DNA of 64,000 nucleotides from Antedon mediterranea (Eukaryota; Animalia; Echinodermata). This document shows positions 40,206 through 51,459 of this stretch, in pieces. Under the pieces are notes generated by a model that had not been told where the DNA came from, ran no database searches, and saw only the letters and a program-made list of their open reading frames with translations. Location of the stretch: contig NC_092674.1 of the NCBI RefSeq assembly GCF_964355755.1, positions 20,212,001 through 20,276,000 of the forward strand, written 5' to 3'. Position 1 is the stretch's first letter. Each line of letters begins with the position of its first letter. The position numbers and the translations under genes are program-made.

Positions 40206-41407
40206 TTGGTTATCCGCACTTGGCGGATAACCCCTTGTTATTGTCAGGATCTTTTTTTTTTTTTTTTTCGATATTCTTCTTTCTTTCCCCGAATTTTGTT
40301 CGCAGCATATCTCTAATTCTGGCCAACATAAGATTGTATAACTTTGTCATAAGATTGACCTATAGCTGTAGATGTGCAGCCAAGCTTTTCGACGATTTTG
40401 GAGTTGCGCAGCGTAAGTTACGCGCGATTTAATGAATTTCAATGATTGATCATATATTGAAAACCAAAAGTCATTTTTTATTGAAACTTCGTGAAAGTTT
40501 AAGTTATAGCAAGGGCAAACTTTCTATGGATTAAAAATGGCATGGTTCACAGAAAGTTACGCGCGCATGCGCGTTTAAAATTTCGAAATATGAAAATTTA
40601 ATTTCTAATCAACTTTCTACGCGTTTCAGGTCATTTTAAGCATTTCAAAAATTCCCACGCGTGCGCAATTTTCTTACGCGCGCGTGCGCATGTAGCGCAA
40701 TAATATAATTTTTTCGTGTAATTTATGTTTTTCCAGTCTTTTCTAGTAATTTTACCAACTTTTAAACAATTTCGACTTAAAATTACGTCATACGAGCACG
40801 TGGAATTGGATAATTTGCGTGCGTTTTTGATGAAAAAGTTTGAAAATTTGTCAAAATTATGCCTTTTTTAAACAGTCATAAATTCTAAACTACATGGTAA
40901 AATTTATTTTTTATTACATATTTTGGAAGTTGATGAGTTGTAGATATAGAATCATGCATCGATATGGCTAACTGGACATTGACGTCATCGTATGGCCACT
41001 CGAATATAAAATAGCAAATTTTTGTCTCTTTCGTTATAGCTCATCACATTTAATAGAGCGCATCTCTACTTATCCTTATTCCATTTTCCCCCATTTTTTA
41101 TATTGTCTAGGCCAATCAATTATCTTTCGCATGATATATCGTTTATTAAATTGTGATGACGTCATAATGTCAAAAAGCGTCAATAACTTTGGTCACTTAT
41201 TTTCACCTATTCTGCATTGTATGTAGTACGTATACAGTGTATAGTGTATACCGTATATACTTAGACGTGACGCAAAATAGAGAGCGCACTAACATTTTTT
41301 CAATGGCATAATCGTTATACTGTGCGCAATTTTCTAACGTATTACGTGCGCGTGGCCTTTGCGCTGCGGATAACCTAACTCGTCCGTAGTGACGAGTTCA
41401 AGTCTAG
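40206..41407 (+). mobile_element. Intact HINE/DINE-1-like element, family 1 (~1.2 kb)
   Basis: 5' palindrome GGTTATCCGC..GCGGATAACC (40208-40232), T-rich tract, 3' subterminal GCGGATAACC (41366-41375), hairpin AACTCGTC/GACGAGTT (41377-41398), CTAG end followed by TT, no TSD. This is Helentron-type architecture. Confidence 0.85.
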
Positions 41408-41611
41408 TTTGTTCTATTTTTACCCAGCTTTACCTCATGAAAATCTGGATAAAATTATTTCTACTATTGCACTCATAACATTAATTAATTGTATATTCTG
41501 TTTAGCTCTCTAGATGTATAAATGTTATATGGTGTTGTAAAAAGATGCGAGCATCAATCAAATAACCGTTACTTCGTACACACAGTGATAACCGCTTAAG
41601 ATGACATTTAA

Positions 41612-41849
41612 TTAATACATGATCAATTCGGTGTTTTTCATTTTTATTAGCTTATTTAATTAATAGTTCCATCTTTCCTGAAAAAGGAGATAATTCAGAA
41701 ACAATATTTAATCGATTATTTGTTTCTTGGCATTTTAATACATGATCAATTCGGTGTTTTTATTTTTTATTAGCTTATTTAATTACTAGTTCCATCTTTC
41801 CTGAAAATGGAGATAATTCAGAAACAATATTTAATCGATTATTTGTTTC
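41612..41849. repeat. Local tandem duplication, period 123 bp
   Basis: TTAATACATGATCAATTCGGTG...TCGATTATTTGTTTC occurs twice with few mismatches. Confidence 0.9.
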
Positions 41850-44157
41850 GCAGCAGAAACTGGACCTGGCCTTTTATTATTGAGGCCAGGTGAAGTACAT
41901 TATGATTCTCGTCAACAATTGATGTTGATAAACTTTCATCACAAGAATTTAATTGTATGCAGCTTTGGTTGTGCGGCAACTTAACCAGGTCTAGACAAAG
42001 TTAGGCCTACACTTTTAGATTAGTTAGCATTACGAAAGAATATTAAGAAAAAGAAAAATTGTTTATTTTACCATGGCCTATGGTAGACCATCTTTTTTTT
42101 CATAGCAGCAATCGGTCAATTGACTTTTATGGTTCCTTGAAAGTCACCAGATGATTTTGCCCTATAAACAACAGAAACAAATAAATAGGAAAGATATGAT
42201 TTAATTATACTATTATCAATCTAAATTGGGTGTTTGTATTTGAATCATTCTTATCATGTGTATTGTGTAGGCGTTGAATAGAACGCATCTGTCAAATTTG
42301 TTTACATTCGGTGTATAATAATAATTATATGAATTTAAAAAGCTCTATACAAATTTTGTGTTTTGTTGTGTTCTATAATAATTGATTACCTGGTGGAATT
42401 CACCAGGTAAAAACAGTACGGCTCTATAAGCCATCTCTGTAAAAGTTTAATAAAAAGTAATATTATTGTCGACACTAAATTTCATTGCTCTACATTAAGC
42501 AGGTTGTAACTCCCTGCATTAAGTAAAGTCAGCCAACAGAATGTTTCCTTAAACAGCTTCAGAAAAAAAGTTAATATATGCAAGTTTGGGTAAAACCCTT
42601 GTCCAGCACTACTTCATCACCCCTGTTTAAATTACAGGACAATTATTTTAATAATAAAGGTATAAAGTCAAGAAACTATAAAAAGTAAAACTAAATTAAT
42701 CAATTAAAATTATTTGTAATCAGAGGCATTCCAACATCCAGGTCCATAGCCACCATGGTTGGAGAGATTTTACCCTGACAACTTTTTTCAGAAGCCTTTG
42801 ACAACCCTATAGTCCACACAGACATTTTTCCCTTTTCTAGCGATCACCGCGATTTGGCGATATGCAGTAGAAAAGGAGCTTTTATTAATTATTTGATTTT
42901 CATAAACATGCAGTTAACATACAAATATGAGCTGGATAGTAAAGAAATTAACATATAAGAAAATTGTTAGGAGAACAATTTAAAAAGGCCTATTTGTATT
43001 TCTTACGGAAAATTTTAGGCATGTCAATTGACTTCCTCCTGATCATTACATAAACCTTGCCATAGAATATAAGTATTGAAAGTAACAGATTAATTGTTAA
43101 TTTGTAAACAAATGTTCTCCATCTATCTGATGACTTTAAACTTGTTAACTTTGAAAGTGAATGACCTTGAGGTGACCTTCAAGCTTAAGTGTCCAGTAGA
43201 TGGTCAACTTTACTGTGTATGATTATTAGATATGAGTTAATTTCAAGGCAATCCCTCTAGGTTCTTTATAGAGCTTAAAGCTCAGGTACAGGCATGAATT
43301 TTAAATATAATATCTGGTTAATTGTACATAAATCAAATATTTGTAACAGAAATCGAGACGAAAAAACATGAATTTCCCTTAATATGGTCAAATACAAAAT
43401 TTGGCAAAATTCCTCCATAAAAACCAGGAAGACTTTTTTTCAGTAGTTAGGTAGTTAACCTAATGTAATAACATGTCTGGTGACTCCCTAGATGGTGAAA
43501 AAAGATGGTGGATATACGGTGGATAATTTTTGCTATAGCATGAAAATAAAAATCTGAAGTTGAATAAAAATATCAGAAATGTAATATTCAAGTTATATTA
43601 CCTATATTTAGTCATCTGATAACATTTTTTACCACACTGTTTATTTTCCATAGCTTTTTAAAATGCCTCTCTATTTACAAAATTTGTGTACAAAAGAATA
43701 GAGATTTTACTGTGTAATTTGAACTATCCCCCCACTGATAAGAAAGTGCTTATTTTCAAAAAGCTCGTGTAACACAAATAAAATCCCAAAAATTATGAAA
43801 CATAGGGGAAACTATAGATCGATAATTATTGGAATGTAAGATCAATAGAAATTTTTTGCCCGCACCTGGCCTTAAAAACATAATCTTTATCCTCATAGAC
43901 ATATAATTGACCATTTATAACATACTTCTGGACAGGAGCTATAAATGTGTCAAGAACCTTGTTTTTCACATCTAGTTTTAATTTTTTGTTGAGCCAAAAA
44001 ACATAGAAAAACTGATGGAATCTGATTTATAACAGTTTATAACAGGATTTGAACATAAAATGATAATTATTCTTCGCAAAAATAATATGAAAAAAACTGC
44101 AAAATTAATAACTTCTACTTTGACAGGACATTGGCACCTTTAAATTATTATAATTAA

Positions 44158-44422
44158 AGTCCCCTTCCCTACGTTTTTGAGATCTAATAAAAGGTCACAA
44201 ACTACATTTAATGTAAAACTAAATACTATATGGTCCTATTGCGATAACTTTTTAAATTTAAAAATATGAAAAATATAGTTGATTCTAATAATTTTAGCGG
44301 CCCGCTATAAATTCCAACATGCATTGCGCGCGGATTGATAAGGAATGACCTGGTTTAATGTTTTTAAAGTAATATATCTGCATTATTTTTACAAATCGTC
44401 AACAATGTTAGGGAATGGGTCT
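44158..44422. mobile_element. MITE with TTAA TSD and AG..CT termini (Kolobok-like)
   Basis: TTAA|AGTCCCCTTCCCTA ... TAGGGAATGGGTCT|TTAA, 12/14 inverted match. Confidence 0.6.
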
Positions 44423-46734
44423 TTAACATTATTAATAAGTGACATTAATTCTTTTTTTTGCTGGATTTAAGGGGACTTTTGTGCAATGGTCTTTTGTTCA
44501 AACAAATAAATATTAATAATTAACTAGAAATAACATAGAGGTAATTCATAATATAACAATTAAAGAAAATTTTTTAATTAAAAATGAATAGATAAAGTAA
44601 AGCTAATTAACTTAAAGAATGTTGATGATAAGGGTTGATTTAGTTTCAAATACAACATGTGTAATTACCATTTCAAGTACACAGCAACTTATGAAAGCGG
44701 ATTCATAAATTTGATATAAATACAAGCTGTTTTGTTGAAATAATATGACTAAGTACACAAAGACCTATAGAACAATAGCTGGTGTAATTCATAATATAGA
44801 ATCGAGTACTATTGATTCTGTTATTAATATAAAAATAATTCAATATCAGGGATATTAAAAATTCTTGTGTAACAGGGATACGAAGGAATGATAGTAGCAG
44901 TTAGAAGCACAACAACGTTCAGCCACTAACGTTTCACCTGGTTTAATTTGAATCCTCAACAAAAGTGCAACGGAGGAAGATTTTCTAAACAATAGAAATG
45001 AGTTTCAAACAATCTTTAACTTTAATGCGTTTTTATTTGAAAGAATAATTTCATTTCAACCTTGTGAGATTGTGTTGTGTGGTCATAAAGTAAGTTAATA
45101 GAAGAGTTTGTTTGTTCTGTCTTTATGCTATGAGCGAACGATACAATGCGACAGACAATAATTATCAGTAGGCCGGCAGGTGTCATGCTATTGTGAATAC
45201 CTATCAATTGCTTTTCATCTTCAACAATAAAGAAAAGATGATTAAATGATAATAAGCTGGTAAATTTCTAAAGAAACTAGATTCAAAAACAGACAAGAGA
45301 CAATTGCAAAATAAATACACACAGTCATGATTTTTTGATTAATGCGAAGCAAGCTTTACCAGTTGCCAGCATCTGCCTGTGCACCCACGCTCACACTCCT
45401 TATTGTTGATAAACCAAGTTCATCACTAGTCCACAATACTCAAAAGATAAAATCTGCATCTGACCGAGTGATTCCGGTCTCATCCTCGAAAAAAAGAACA
45501 AAATACAGACGAATAGATCTTGAAGCTCCTACGTCGTATCTGGAGATCAACTCGTAAGCGCGATAACAAAACATGAATGCGCAATACAGGTGATGAGCCA
45601 AGACGGATGAAGAAAAGATTATCTACCCCATAATTATCCTACATAAATCTCAACTTGGATTTAATGGGTTTTTATACAAAATGCAAGCATATACTAAAAA
45701 GAGCATTCAATATTCTATTGTGTTATATACTTCCATTCAATATTAAATAGATATCATGAAAATGTTACTTGCCTGATGGGGTGTACTAGTTAATAATGTG
45801 TAATAAATTGCCATAAATCAAACAAAAAAAACTAAATATTGACAGTACCTAATATTCACAATGATAAATCACTTAAAATCTATAATCCCATGCTTCACTT
45901 TAGATAAATATTTTCTAATATCCAGAGTCTTTAATAGCAATGAAAAAGTTTAAATCAATATACAAAGTTAATCATACTACGGTTAGCACGATTTTACTAC
46001 GTTTGTTTAAATTAGAATTGTGTATTAATACATTTTGTTATATAACTTTTAACTTCAAATTCTGCTGCTAAAAAATGAGCAAATACAGTAATTTATCCTC
46101 AAATTCATCATGTAGTATATTTTTTAAATGTTCAATTTAACAGAACTATGGGTTATTTTAGACATACTGAATATCACTGACTATAATAATATCACACTCA
46201 CTCACTAAAATACCATATTTTTTAAAGCCTCTAGACTATTTTGCCAAACTAATTTGTAAACACAAAACACCATGTTATGATAAACATAGGCCTATTGCAA
46301 GAACTGTATATTTACATGAATTATACTTATTACTTTCTAACAAAATTTATTTAAAAATAAATGTTAACCTTATTCTATAATTTTAAAATCATAAACATAA
46401 CATATATTTAAAACGTAGGTTTGAGTTCAACCAAGACAAATGAAAAAAACCTTGTAAACACAATCAAAGAATATAAATAGGTAAAGAATCAACAGTACGC
46501 GCTGTTATATATAGAAGGATAGGAAACGCGGACGTGCTTTCATGGACGCGTAAGAATCCAGCAGCCGAACGACGGCGGGCTCTAGATATGGTTCCCGTCT
46601 AATTCCACGTTTGGATGGATCGTGATGATCTGATGTGTTCTCGCGTCTGTGCTCTACTAATTTTGATATTATTAATATTTTGATAATCATTTTGATAAAT
46701 AATCATCCTTTGCATTTTTATAGATAGTTTTACC

Positions 46735-46803
46735 TTACCCACGCCTGAAGGTGGCGCATTTCTTCTAGCCAAAAAGAAGTGCGCCACCTTCAGGCGTAGG
46801 CAA
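46735..46803. other. GC-rich near-perfect hairpin (collapsed MITE or pre-miRNA-like)
   Basis: ACGCCTGAAGGTGGCGCATTTCTT (46741-46764) pairs 23/24 with 46774-46797 around a 9-nt loop. Confidence 0.8.
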
Positions 46804-48998
46804 ATAGTAACCCGGATGTGGTTTACGCCGCCAACGGAACTGTTGTATCTTCTCCTTTTATTATCTTTGACACAATGGCCAAAAAGTTGTCATTCTTGTG
46901 TTTCACTATACCTTTATTACTGTTGACTTTATACTGCATACACAAAGTACTTCAACTGTGTTGTGATTGGCTGGAACATCCATAGTTACTGAATCTGAAC
47001 ATGCTGAAAAAAAAGGGAAAACAATTATGAAAAACATTAAATTTAATACTATACGTAATAAGGAAATGTAGGTTTTGGCTCCTACAGTACCGCCTTCAAT
47101 GGTAGCTCCCTTACACAACATAATTAGGGCTTTAAAATCATACAATAAAAAAGAGAGTACATATTTTGCATAGATGACTCCAAATGTAAAAATATTACTT
47201 ATTAGAGGTAAAAATGGTATATAAAAATAAATTATAAATAAATTATAGTGGAAAAATGTTTAAATTCTCTTTAATTTGCCGCATTAAATGAAGCATTTTA
47301 AAAAGTTCTAATGTAACTTGAATTGATAATGAATAAGGTTTTCATGGGTATTTTAAACAGAAAACTTTTTAGTTTTTTACTTAAAATTACATAAATCAGA
47401 ATCTACATTTGTTTTGATTGTGTATCTTCTGTATTGCTTGGTGTGTATTACTTGATATACTAACAATAAAGTAAAAAGTATCAATACAGATATCTCTATG
47501 TCCAGATTTAATTAAAAAGTCATTCCACAATACTCAAGGATTTAAATACAAGATTCAAAATAGGGCAGACCTTATTTAAATTTTAATTTCCTATCATATA
47601 TCTACTGTTATTGATGCAATCCATTCAATAAACACAGTAAGCAATTACAAGGTATTGTTCCTATACATAGTCTAAAAACTCATTTGTGCTGCCATTGTCT
47701 GCAATGAATAGGCCCTATTATTTCTGCCAGCAGATGTGTAAGTAAAGTGTTCTTGATAACAATGGAAGTCTATAGAAAGCTAAGTGGCACTGAAAAGACT
47801 TGTAGGCCATGTTGACAGAGCTCTTTTTGTAGTGTATTGATTGAATTTAGCCAAGGTTTATGTTGACTTCTTCTTGTGGCCTACATAGTTTATGTTCACT
47901 AGGCATACTAGCATACAAGCCAATAAATTATCCATCTCTCCCTATTGAATCAACTTTATTATATTACAATTTTCTCTAGCCTGCATGGTCTCATGTTTAA
48001 AAACTGTGTATTTAATTTTTAAAATAAAATAATAAGTCGATTAAACATGGCTTTCTTTCATTGACATTCTTTGTGAAAAACTAAAAATTATTCAAACCTA
48101 GACTTGTAACAAGTCTCTAGTTCTTTTATGCCATACCACAAGTATAAGTTTTGATTTGTTTTCCCAACCAGGTGATTCCAGCTCCACTGTAGTTATGACA
48201 TGTCATTTGTGCCAAAAAGTTTCAATCAATCACAGTCTAGAATCTAGATTAGCTAGGGAACAATTTACTGGCTAGCTAAATGATTAAATAAGGTAATTTA
48301 TAGAGTGCATAAATAGTATGAAATTTGTTTGGTTATCCAATCTAATCTAAATTATGATTCTTATCCATTAATGTCACATGAATGTCAATATATTCTAAAT
48401 ATGTTATTGTTGAATTTTGTGTATTGTATCTGTTCTGAGATCCCAAAATTACTGCATTTGCTGGATGGATCACCTTCATTAAATATGGTTAAAAAAAAAA
48501 AATTGTTTATTGATGGGGGAAGGGTTAGACTCAATTTTCATAATTTCATTTCATTTCATAATAACATTTATTTCCTTCATAATATACAAAATAAATAATA
48601 TAATACACAAAATTCATGACGAGAAGAAAGATGCAGGGTCTATGGAGGGCTAGGTTCTGGTGATTCTAGTTTACTTGCATATTTTATGAAAGAATTTGTT
48701 GTGAAAAGTTGGCCTTTTTCTCCCATACACATGTATTCTGCACTCAGCAATCACACTTAAATGAGATATTTTCCTTAAGTACAAAATACATAAAGTATAT
48801 TCATTTAGGTAGAAGATTTTTATTTATTTTAAGGGCAAGTGTTTCCCTTAGCCTAAGTGTGAATGGTGAATACGGCCACTGGATGAGCCAGCCCGAGTCT
48901 GGGATATCAATTTGATCTATTGGCCCATCCACAATCTATAAAAATAATTGTAATTGTTTGTAACTACTGTGGAGTAACTTTGCGTCAGGGTGTTGAGT

Positions 48999-49188
48999 AT
49001 TGGTCAGATGTTTTGCCCTACTGTGACATAATTTGTACTTATACAGCTTGGTGATCAAGAAGTATGAAACCCAATACTAGTGTCTGGAGGTTGTGGGTTG
49101 AGTTCCACTCAGGAATTAAGAATAGTATTCTCAATATACTTAGTATAAAGTACAAATTACGTCAGAGTAGGGCAAGCATCTGACCAAT
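48999..49188. mobile_element. MITE with ~46-bp TIRs and a tRNA-like centre
   Basis: ATTGGTCAGATGTTTTGCCCTACTGTGACATAATTTGTACTTATAC vs GTATAAAGTACAAATTACGTCAGAGTAGGGCAAGCATCTGACCAAT (inverted, ~5 differences). Confidence 0.7.
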
Positions 49189-50319
49189 TATAAAAATAAT
49201 TCAAATATAATGAGCAACTTGCTATATTTTTTAAATTTATCAATAATATTTTAATACAGAATTATGAATAATGACAATATGTGTGCATTTGATTAATTAG
49301 ATAATTTTTTTTCAAATACTTTTCGCATGTTATTGTAATTCAATGTATATAAAAGTGTTTTGAAATATGGTTTGCATGAATAGAATACTAAACACCGCAA
49401 CAAAGGAATTTTACTCCAAAAATGTATTGTAATGCAACCAACCATATTGAATGAATAAATCATATTTCAGTGATTTAAGTGATTTTAAGACAATAACAGT
49501 GGAAAAAAAATATATATAATTATTTTATTGCTTAATTATATACAGTATACATATTGGATATTTTCATATTTTGAAATGACAGAAGAAACCATATGTTAGT
49601 AAGCTTCATTCATATGTGCATACACTTTTTTTAATAAAGTATCTAGTAAATTTAGTTTGGGGACTCTAATTAAATTTCCTTTTTGTATTCTTGTTTTGTT
49701 TGTACAAATTAAAATTGTCAAGTCAAGAGAGTACTGTAAGCCCCTCATATGGAAGGGTTAATGAGCTCAAGTACTGTAATCAAGCCTACAACATGAATGG
49801 AGATACGAGTGGTAACGGTAAGCAGAAAACCGCACAGCGTCCTACGTAGAATCATGGACTCCATGGTAGAATCTGTATCTATCCTCAGCCGAAACCACCC
49901 GTTCGCTCCATGCTTTGTGTAAATGGTCATAAGGAATAACACAGATTCTACCGCTCGTCTGTGTAAACTGGCTTTCATTATTATTTTTTTCCCAGGCAGG
50001 CTGTCAAAAATGGCAATGTGAAGGTAGATTAAGTGTGCACTTTCAGACCATCATGAGGTTTATCATGCTTCAGACCTAGCCTAAACCAACAATCAGTTGC
50101 TGCAGGGCTACCATACTAATAACATGTAAGTGAACTAGAATGATTGGACAATATGGGCGATTTGTCAATACTTACATGTGATACCAAAACTTTACCACGT
50201 GTTTTTACTAAGTTCAACTTGACGAAAACCTTAAAATATACATTTTCAAATTGTGAAACATTCGCGGATTTTGGTCTGACTATCTACCATCTTTGTTTGT
50301 TTTAATTAGCCTAGATGTA

Positions 50320-50610
50320 TCGACCAATCAATCGAGCTTATTTTCAACAGGTTGAGCTAATGGGAAATTTTACAAAGGTGTCAGTCAATTAAGCCTATAC
50401 AATACATAGTCATTACTTAGGTCACTTTAACCAATTAACTATACGTTTACTGCTGGTAGGCGGAGTTTATTTTCTGTTGTTGGTAACGCGATCATTGATT
50501 GGTTAAACACGACCTTGAATACTTGAACATTGGCGGGCCACCCCCTGATTTCCATAATATATACATTCCTATCTCAGTTGTACTCTTTGAACTTTACCGA
50601 TTTCAGTCAG
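50320..50610 (+). promoter_or_regulatory. Putative SoxB2 proximal promoter
   Basis: CCAAT boxes (~50324, ~50431; inverted ~50498, ~50529), GC-box-like AGGCGGAGT (50458) and GGCGGG (~50532), TCAGT initiator-like motifs (50574, 50603), all just upstream of the CDS. Confidence 0.5.
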
Positions 50611-50718
50611 TAAACCAAGGGACAAGGCTGTAAGAGGGTGTACAGTGCAGGGCTCGTAAAGTAACAGAGAATAAAATAAACATTTATTTGGACAAATTGC
50701 TTGTTTAACTGTATTAAT

Positions 50719-51459
50719 ATGGATATGACAACTAAACCAATGGATCATGTTAAACGACCGATGAACGCGTTCATGGTTTGGTCCAGAGGACAACGACGTA
50801 AAATGGCACAGGAAAACCCTAAAATGCATAATTCTGAAATTAGTAAACGACTTGGAGCCGATTGGAAATTACTTACCGAGGAACAAAAGCGACCATTTAT
50901 TGACGAAGCTAAACGACTTAGAGCCCTGCACATGAAAGAGCATCCTGATTATAAATACAGACCAAGACGGAAGCCTAAATCTTTATTGAAAAAAGACAGG
51001 TATGCGTTTCCGATTCCGTGTTTACCAACTTCTAATGCATTAGCCGTTAGCACTAGTGCAGCCGATATATTTACGTCCTCCGAGAAAGCCAGAGCATTTC
51101 TGCCGAGTTCTCCCCATGCTTACTCTATGTTAGAAGCAAGTGCCAAATTGGAGGCTGCCCACCATGCATACCGGGCGACGGAACTAAGCAGTTTAGGATA
51201 CCCGCCATCAGCTATGTACCCATCATTACATAGTGCGTTCGGAAAGTTACCACCCTCACCCGTTGGTCATCCAGCCGCAATTTCCCCATCACATCAACAG
51301 TACTTGTTTCCATACCCAGGAAGTTGGCCTTCTCACCACCACCATCAAGATGTACAACGTCCTGTAGCGTACGTATTAGTCAAGCCAGATATTGAACCAT
51401 ATCCAACACATGCATCTATAAGGCCAGCCCTACCTTTGTCCAGAGCAACGGCAATATAA
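50719..51459 (+). CDS. SoxB2: SoxB2 (Sox14/Sox21 group) HMG-box transcription factor, single exon, 246 aa
   Basis: HMG box [38 protein letters not shown]...[11 protein letters not shown] right at the N-terminus. Group-B motif KKDRYAFP, Sox14/21-type EKARAFL and C-terminal PVAYVL. First ATG at 50719 (alternatives 50725, 50740); the track's TTG start at 50701 is not used. Confidence 0.97.
   Translation: MDMTTKPMDHVKRPMNAFMVWSRGQRRKMAQENPKMHNSEISKRLGADWKLLTEEQKRPFIDEAKRLRALHMKEHPDYKYRPRRKPKSLLKKDRYAFPIPCLPTSNALAVSTSAADIFTSSEKARAFLPSSPHAYSMLEASAKLEAAHHAYRATELSSLGYPPSAMYPSLHSAFGKLPPSPVGHPAAISPSHQQYLFPYPGSWPSHHHHQDVQRPVAYVLVKPDIEPYPTHASIRPALPLSRATAI

Noticed and set aside
45342-45557. 71-aa ORF with basic patch KKRTKYRR (also 108-aa ORF 57972-58298)
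   Set aside because: No recognisable domain or splice structure; lengths are compatible with chance.
50553-50610. TATA box plus initiator pair
   Set aside because: TATATA at 50558 is ~18 and ~47 bp from the two TCAGT motifs, not the expected ~30.
50569-50933. Antisense ORFs over SoxB2 and the TTG start at 50701
   Set aside because: Shadows of the HMG-box coding strand. Eukaryotic initiation is expected at the in-frame ATG (50719 or just downstream).
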